Positions 59,576 to 64,000 of a stretch of DNA of 64,000 nucleotides are shown here, piece by piece. The position numbers and the translations under genes are program-made. Location: the NCBI GenBank assembly GCA_045803545.1, contig JBJMOW010000002.1:320001-384000 (forward strand), in the 5' to 3' direction. The notes under the pieces were generated by a model. That model was not told the origin of the DNA, did no database searches, and saw only the letters and a list, made by a program, of their open reading frames with translations. This DNA comes from Gemmatimonadaceae bacterium (GTDB taxonomy: Bacteria; Gemmatimonadota; Gemmatimonadetes; Gemmatimonadales; Gemmatimonadaceae). Position 1 is the stretch's first letter, and each line of letters begins with the position of its first letter.

Positions 59576-60724
59576 ATGATCACCACCGGCGGGACCAAGG
59601 GCGTCGCGGTGCTCGGCTCGACCGGATCGATTGGGACTACGGCGCTACGTGTGATAGAGCGTCAGCGCGATCGATTTCGCGTCGTTGCGCTGACGGCGAA
59701 CAGCAACCGCTCGCTGCTCAGCGAGCAGGTCAGGAAATTTGCGCCTTCCTTTGTCGGAATGGTCGAGCAACAACAGGGAGACGCTGACGAGTCGTGGAAG
59801 AGCGGCTCGGAGTCGCTCATTGCAGCGGCGACGCGCGACGATGCGGACATCGTGCTCAACGCGATCGTCGGCGCAGCCGGGCTCGACGCGACGCTGGCCG
59901 CCCTGAAGAGAGGGAAGCGCGTTGCGCTCGCCAATAAGGAAACGCTGGTGATCGCGGGCGATGTTGTGAAGCAGGCATGCGCATCCGGATGCGGTGAGGT
60001 GGTGCCGGTCGACAGCGAACACAGCGCGATTCTGCAGTGCGTCACCGGACACCCGTCGCGCCAGGTGCGACGCGTAGTTCTAACAGCTTCGGGCGGGCCG
60101 TTTCGCGGCTGGTCAGAGCAACAGCTTGCCAGTGCAACCATCGAAGACGCGCTTCAACATCCGACTTGGCGAATGGGCCGCAAGATCACGATCGATAGCG
60201 CCACGCTGGCGAACAAAGCGCTGGAAGTGATCGAAGCCCATTTTCTTTTTGACTTGCCATACGATCGTATCGAAGTCGTGGTGCATCCGCAGAGCGTCGT
60301 TCACTCCTTCGTCGAGTTCATCGATGGCAGTGTTGTGGCGCAGATGAGTGTTCCGACGATGGAGCTTCCGGTTCTGTACGCGTTGACGCATCCTGAACGG
60401 GTGCCCGACGAAGGGGTACCAGCATTCGATCCAGTGCGCCTTTCGCCCATGACTTACGAGCCAGTCGACCATCAGCGTTTTCCGGCGCTCCGCCTCGGCA
60501 TCGAAGCCGGGCGTGCCGGAGGTTCGGCGCCCGCGGTATTCAACGCCGCCAACGAGTGTGCAGTTGCCGCATTTCTCGCCGGGAAGTTCCGCTTCCCGGA
60601 TATCCCGCGCGCAATCTCCTCGGCTCTCGAGGCGCTCGGCGACCTGCCAGCCGGCAGCAGAGAGAATCTGCTGGAGGCTGATGCCGCAGCTCGAAGACAT
60701 GTAAAAGAGACGTTTGGATGCTGA
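59576..60724 (+). CDS. dxr: 1-deoxy-D-xylulose-5-phosphate reductoisomerase
   Basis: LGSTGSIG, LANKE, PVDSEH, TASGGPF, MGRKITIDSAT, NAANE. Confidence 0.97.
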   Translation: MITTGGTKGVAVLGSTGSIGTTALRVIERQRDRFRVVALTANSNRSLLSEQVRKFAPSFVGMVEQQQGDADESWKSGSESLIAAATRDDADIVLNAIVGAAGLDATLAALKRGKRVALANKETLVIAGDVVKQACASGCGEVVPVDSEHSAILQCVTGHPSRQVRRVVLTASGGPFRGWSEQQLASATIEDALQHPTWRMGRKITIDSATLANKALEVIEAHFLFDLPYDRIEVVVHPQSVVHSFVEFIDGSVVAQMSVPTMELPVLYALTHPERVPDEGVPAFDPVRLSPMTYEPVDHQRFPALRLGIEAGRAGGSAPAVFNAANECAVAAFLAGKFRFPDIPRAISSALEALGDLPAGSRENLLEADAAARRHVKETFGC

Positions 60725-61902
60725 CCTGGATTGCGCCGATCATCGTCTTTGGGCTCGTCGTATTCGTCCACGAACTCGGGCACTTCATCGCCGCCAAACT
60801 TACTGGCGTCTACGCCCCCCGTTTCTCGATCGGCTTCGGTCCGGCGCTGCTGAGGAGAAGAGTCGGCGAGACAGAGTACGTCCTCGCCGCGTTGCCGCTC
60901 GGCGGCTACGTTCGCATGGCGTCCCGCGAAGACGAAGCCACGGCATTTCTGGAAGGCGGCAGCGAAAACTCGGCGACGCAGCCCGGTGCCAAGGACGACT
61001 GGGATCCCAACGCCATGATTCCCTTCGGGCCTAAGCCAATTCCAGAAGCACGCTGGTTCGAATCGAAGCCGCTCATCGCCAGGCTCTTCATCATGCTGGC
61101 CGGCGTCACGATGAATGCGCTACTCGCCTATTTCATCTACGCCGGACTCCTATTGAAATCGGGATTGCCGACGCCAATTCCGATCGCGGCGATCGTCAGC
61201 CCGGGGAAGCCAGCTGCGGCAGCGGGGATTCAGCCCGGCGATAGTATCGCGACGCTCAACGGCCGTCCGCTCGAACGCTGGGACATGCTGCTCGATTCGA
61301 TCGGCGCGTCCGCGGGTCGAACTATCGATCTGGGGCTCGTCCGACAGGGTAAAGCAGTTAGCGTGCGCGTTACGCCGGTCGCTGAGTCAGTTCCCGATCC
61401 GCGCACCGGCGTGAAGCGTACCCTCGGCAGAATCGGGATGGTGGCGAGCGAAGGCTTCACTCCGATCTCAGCCGGCGAGGCGTTTTCCGAGGCATGGCGT
61501 CTCACTCTCGACAACGGCAGCAAAATCTTCTCTGCACTTGGAATGCTCATTCACGGAGTCGGCGTCTCCGACCTGGGCGGCCCGATCGCGATTGCACAGG
61601 TGTCGGTGCAGGCAGCACGCGGCGGAATTGAAACTCTGTTATTGCTGATCGCTCTGATCAGCATCAACGTAGCGGTGTTCAACCTGTTGCCGATTCCAAT
61701 TCTGGATGGCGGTCAGATTCTGCTGAATGTTGCAGAGACGGTGAAGGGGAGTGCGTTCAGCACGCAAACCCGTGAACGAATTCTGAAGGGTGGTCTGCTG
61801 ATCATCGGTTTGCTGTTCGTGACGGTGATGTTCAACGACATCAGTCGAAACATGCAGAACATCGTTCGTCTGTTGGGTCGGTTGTTCGGGCGTTCGGCTT
61901 AA
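60718..61902 (+). CDS. rseP: Site-2 membrane metalloprotease RseP with PDZ domain
   Basis: HELGH, FSIGFGP, PLGGYV, NLLPIPILDGG. Confidence 0.95.
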   Translation: MLTWIAPIIVFGLVVFVHELGHFIAAKLTGVYAPRFSIGFGPALLRRRVGETEYVLAALPLGGYVRMASREDEATAFLEGGSENSATQPGAKDDWDPNAMIPFGPKPIPEARWFESKPLIARLFIMLAGVTMNALLAYFIYAGLLLKSGLPTPIPIAAIVSPGKPAAAAGIQPGDSIATLNGRPLERWDMLLDSIGASAGRTIDLGLVRQGKAVSVRVTPVAESVPDPRTGVKRTLGRIGMVASEGFTPISAGEAFSEAWRLTLDNGSKIFSALGMLIHGVGVSDLGGPIAIAQVSVQAARGGIETLLLLIALISINVAVFNLLPIPILDGGQILLNVAETVKGSAFSTQTRERILKGGLLIIGLLFVTVMFNDISRNMQNIVRLLGRLFGRSA

Positions 61903-61924
61903 ACCTTTTCGCTCCGGCCACGTA

Positions 61925-62470
61925 GTGAGCCGAGTGATTTCCCGAAACGAGATGCCTGATTTCAGAGCTGAAGACTACCGACTCACTGGCGAACAGCGCA
62001 CGTCGCAGTTCGGCGCAGCGTCCAGAGAACCGAATGAGGGAGCGCAGCTGATCGAGAACGCGCGCGCGTCTCAGGCGGGTGTCGTCTCGTTTCTCAGTAG
62101 CACCGAACGCGAAGGGCGATGGCAGGTGCCGCGTCGTTTTCGCGCATTGGCCGTGCTGGGCAACGTCGAGCTCGATCTGCGCATGGCGGAGGTCGGTTAC
62201 GGGCTAACGGTGATCGAAGCTGTCGCTGTGCTCGGCAACGTCGAGATCAAAGCTCCCCCCGAAATCACCGTAGAATGCGATGGTGATTCGTTGATGGGCA
62301 CCTTCAACCTCAAGTACGAGGGCCGCGCCAGTCCGTCGATGGCGAGCCGCGAGAAAATCGTGCGAGTAACGGGCAGCGCGTACGCCGGCGCGGTCACCGT
62401 TATCGTCAAAGGTCCGGACGAAAACTTTCTGAGCCGCCTCACGGGCGGTCGTTGGCGCAGCGAGTCGTAG
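61925..62470 (+). CDS. LiaF/DUF2154-like beta-helix protein, hypothetical
   Basis: R.G.W.VP, A.LGNVELDLR, A.LGNVEI..P repeats. Confidence 0.6.
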   Translation: MSRVISRNEMPDFRAEDYRLTGEQRTSQFGAASREPNEGAQLIENARASQAGVVSFLSSTEREGRWQVPRRFRALAVLGNVELDLRMAEVGYGLTVIEAVAVLGNVEIKAPPEITVECDGDSLMGTFNLKYEGRASPSMASREKIVRVTGSAYAGAVTVIVKGPDENFLSRLTGGRWRSES

Positions 62471-62532
62471 TCGCAGAGGCCGCACCAAAATTCAATTGAA
62501 GCACAGAGTCTGCCCGGCTAAATTTGCATGCT

Positions 62533-63216
62533 ATGGCTTTTCCGGGCCTGGCCGAGCGCGTGGCCGATGTGCGGGCCAGAATCGCCGCGGCGGCTGCCCG
62601 GGGCGGGCACAAACAGCAAGTCACGGTCGTTGCGGTTACGAAGACGCACGGACCGGAAGCGGTCGAAGCCGCGTACCAGGTTGGTCTGCATGACGTCGGC
62701 GAGAACAAGGTACAGGAAGCACTCAAAAAGATGCCGGAAGTCGATGTTCCGGTGCGTTGGCATTTGATCGGGCATCTTCAACGCAACAAGATCAAATCGC
62801 TCGACCAGTTCGTGCTGCTTCACTCGCTCGACACCGCGCGTCTGGCGGATGCAGTTTGTGCCTTCGGAATCGATCGAGGTAGAGCTGTCGACGTGCTGGT
62901 GGAAGTGAACATCTCCGGAGAAAAGACGAAGGGCGGTTACACCGTGTCGGACCTGCTCCCGGAAGCAGAAAGGTTGGCGACTTTGTCCGGGCTGCGCGTC
63001 CGTGGAGTCATGACAATGGCTAGCTTTACCGCTGGCGAAGCGGCGCTCCATCGGACATTCGCCGAGGCGCGCGAAGCGCGCGAGGTATTGGCGAGTGCCG
63101 GGCATCCGGCTGAGGAGCTGTCGATGGGGATGTCCAACGACTACGAGATTGCAGTGGAAGAAGGGGCAACGATGGTGCGGCTGGGGACAACCCTCTTCGG
63201 AGCGAGGGCCAAATGA
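62533..63216 (+). CDS. yggS: PLP homeostasis protein YggS/PROSC
   Basis: VAVTK, GENKVQE, WHLIGHLQRNK, LSMGMSNDY..A.EEG.T.VR.G. Confidence 0.94.
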   Translation: MAFPGLAERVADVRARIAAAAARGGHKQQVTVVAVTKTHGPEAVEAAYQVGLHDVGENKVQEALKKMPEVDVPVRWHLIGHLQRNKIKSLDQFVLLHSLDTARLADAVCAFGIDRGRAVDVLVEVNISGEKTKGGYTVSDLLPEAERLATLSGLRVRGVMTMASFTAGEAALHRTFAEAREAREVLASAGHPAEELSMGMSNDYEIAVEEGATMVRLGTTLFGARAK

Positions 63217-63734
63217 TGGATGAAGCGTTTCATCTTACGCCTCTCGACGTACGGCGCTACGACTTCGGTCGTGCTCTCCGGGGATACAACCCTGCGCGCG
63301 TAGATCAGTTTCGCGACCAGGTCGCTGAGGAGCTGGAGCGTCTCACACGGATCAACCAGGATCTCGATGCAAAAGCGCGCAGCTTCCACGAGCAGCTCCG
63401 CGCTTTCCGCGAGCGCGACAAGGCATTGAATGACGCGTTGATTGCTGCGCAACAGCTCCGCGACGACGTTCGCGGACAGGCGGAGCGCGAGGCGCAGCTC
63501 ATCATCCGCGAGGCGCAAGGTGAAGCCGAGCGAGTAATCGAAGCCGCCAGAGTCGAAGTGCGTCGCATGGAGGAAGAGCTCGACAATCTCGACCGCTCGC
63601 GGCGAACCTACCTTGCGCAGATGCGCACGTTGATCGCGCGACAGCTGTCAGAGGTCGAAGCGTCTGATTCCCAGGTCATTTCCAGCACGCTGCGTGGCGC
63701 TGGCTCCAATTCATCGGGCCCGAACAAAGAATGA
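63213..63734 (+). CDS. divIVA: DivIVA domain protein
   Basis: LTPLDV...F.R.LRGY...VD.F followed by a coiled coil. Confidence 0.88.
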   Translation: MMDEAFHLTPLDVRRYDFGRALRGYNPARVDQFRDQVAEELERLTRINQDLDAKARSFHEQLRAFRERDKALNDALIAAQQLRDDVRGQAEREAQLIIREAQGEAERVIEAARVEVRRMEEELDNLDRSRRTYLAQMRTLIARQLSEVEASDSQVISSTLRGAGSNSSGPNKE

Positions 63735-64000
63735 CAGCAGTTCGCCCCGCGCAAAACGCGCCGGGTGGTCGAGGAAAGGGGGCAAACGAAGCGGGGAAGG
63801 AGATACGCTTCCGCCCGCTTCCCACCGATCGCTCACCGGATGATCTCGAGCAGGAAATCCTGGCGCGCTGGCGCGAGGAGAAACTGTTCGAGCAAACGCT
63901 CGCGCAATCGGAGGGCAAGCCTGAATTCGTTTTCTTCGAGGGCCCGCCGACGGCGAACGGTCAGCCGGGCATTCACCACGTATTCGCGCGCACGGTAAAG
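63731..64000 (+). CDS. ileS: Isoleucine-tRNA ligase type 2, N-terminal fragment
   Basis: ATG at 63731 reads ...EILARW...FVFFEGPPTANGQPGIHHVFARTVK; truncated by the window edge. Confidence 0.92.
   Translation, partial: MTAVRPAQNAPGGRGKGANEAGKEIRFRPLPTDRSPDDLEQEILARWREEKLFEQTLAQSEGKPEFVFFEGPPTANGQPGIHHVFARTVK

Noticed and set aside
63734..63998. 77-aa ORF 63765-63998, and a T-box before ileS
   Set aside because: The real frame is ileS from ATG 63731, overlapping the divIVA stop, which leaves no leader for a T-box.

Overview
A high-GC (about 60-65% by eye) bacterial chromosomal segment made up mostly of core genes. Gene order and protein style (rplM-rpsI-rpsB-tsf-pyrH-frr, short EF-Ts, yggS-divIVA-ileS2, lipoproteins and a likely outer-membrane barrel) suggest Gemmatimonadota, but this is inference. 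In order, the window holds: the end of an M13 peptidase; apaG-cyclase-HAD-gnd-zwf-slt; tilS-hpt-ftsH-folP; a DUF2723/TMEM260-like GT-C protein; sahR-ahcY; xseB-ispA-dxs-nadK-recN; tRNA-Leu(TAA); a lipid kinase next to a membrane CX5R phosphatase; a DdrA/Rad52-like two-gene unit; a DAP/lysine cluster with aroA-cmk-rpsA; a signalling/stress patch (PAS-HisKA-REC lacking the ATPase domain, HD-GYP, sensor kinase, topoisomerase IB, HNH); an acyl-CoA carboxylase operon interrupted by rlmD; and the translation/cdsA/dxr/rseP cluster ending in a partial ileS. I found no transposase, integrase, prophage, rRNA or CRISPR array. The best leads are the ATPase-less hybrid kinase with HD-GYP, the DAGK with a tandem-PTP membrane protein, the DdrA unit and its candidate operator, a pgl-less oxidative PPP operon carrying a cyclase and a HAD, recurring leaderless promoters and CTG/ACG starts, and two RBS-proximal RNA structures. 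All functional assignments come from motif recognition by eye; no searches were run.
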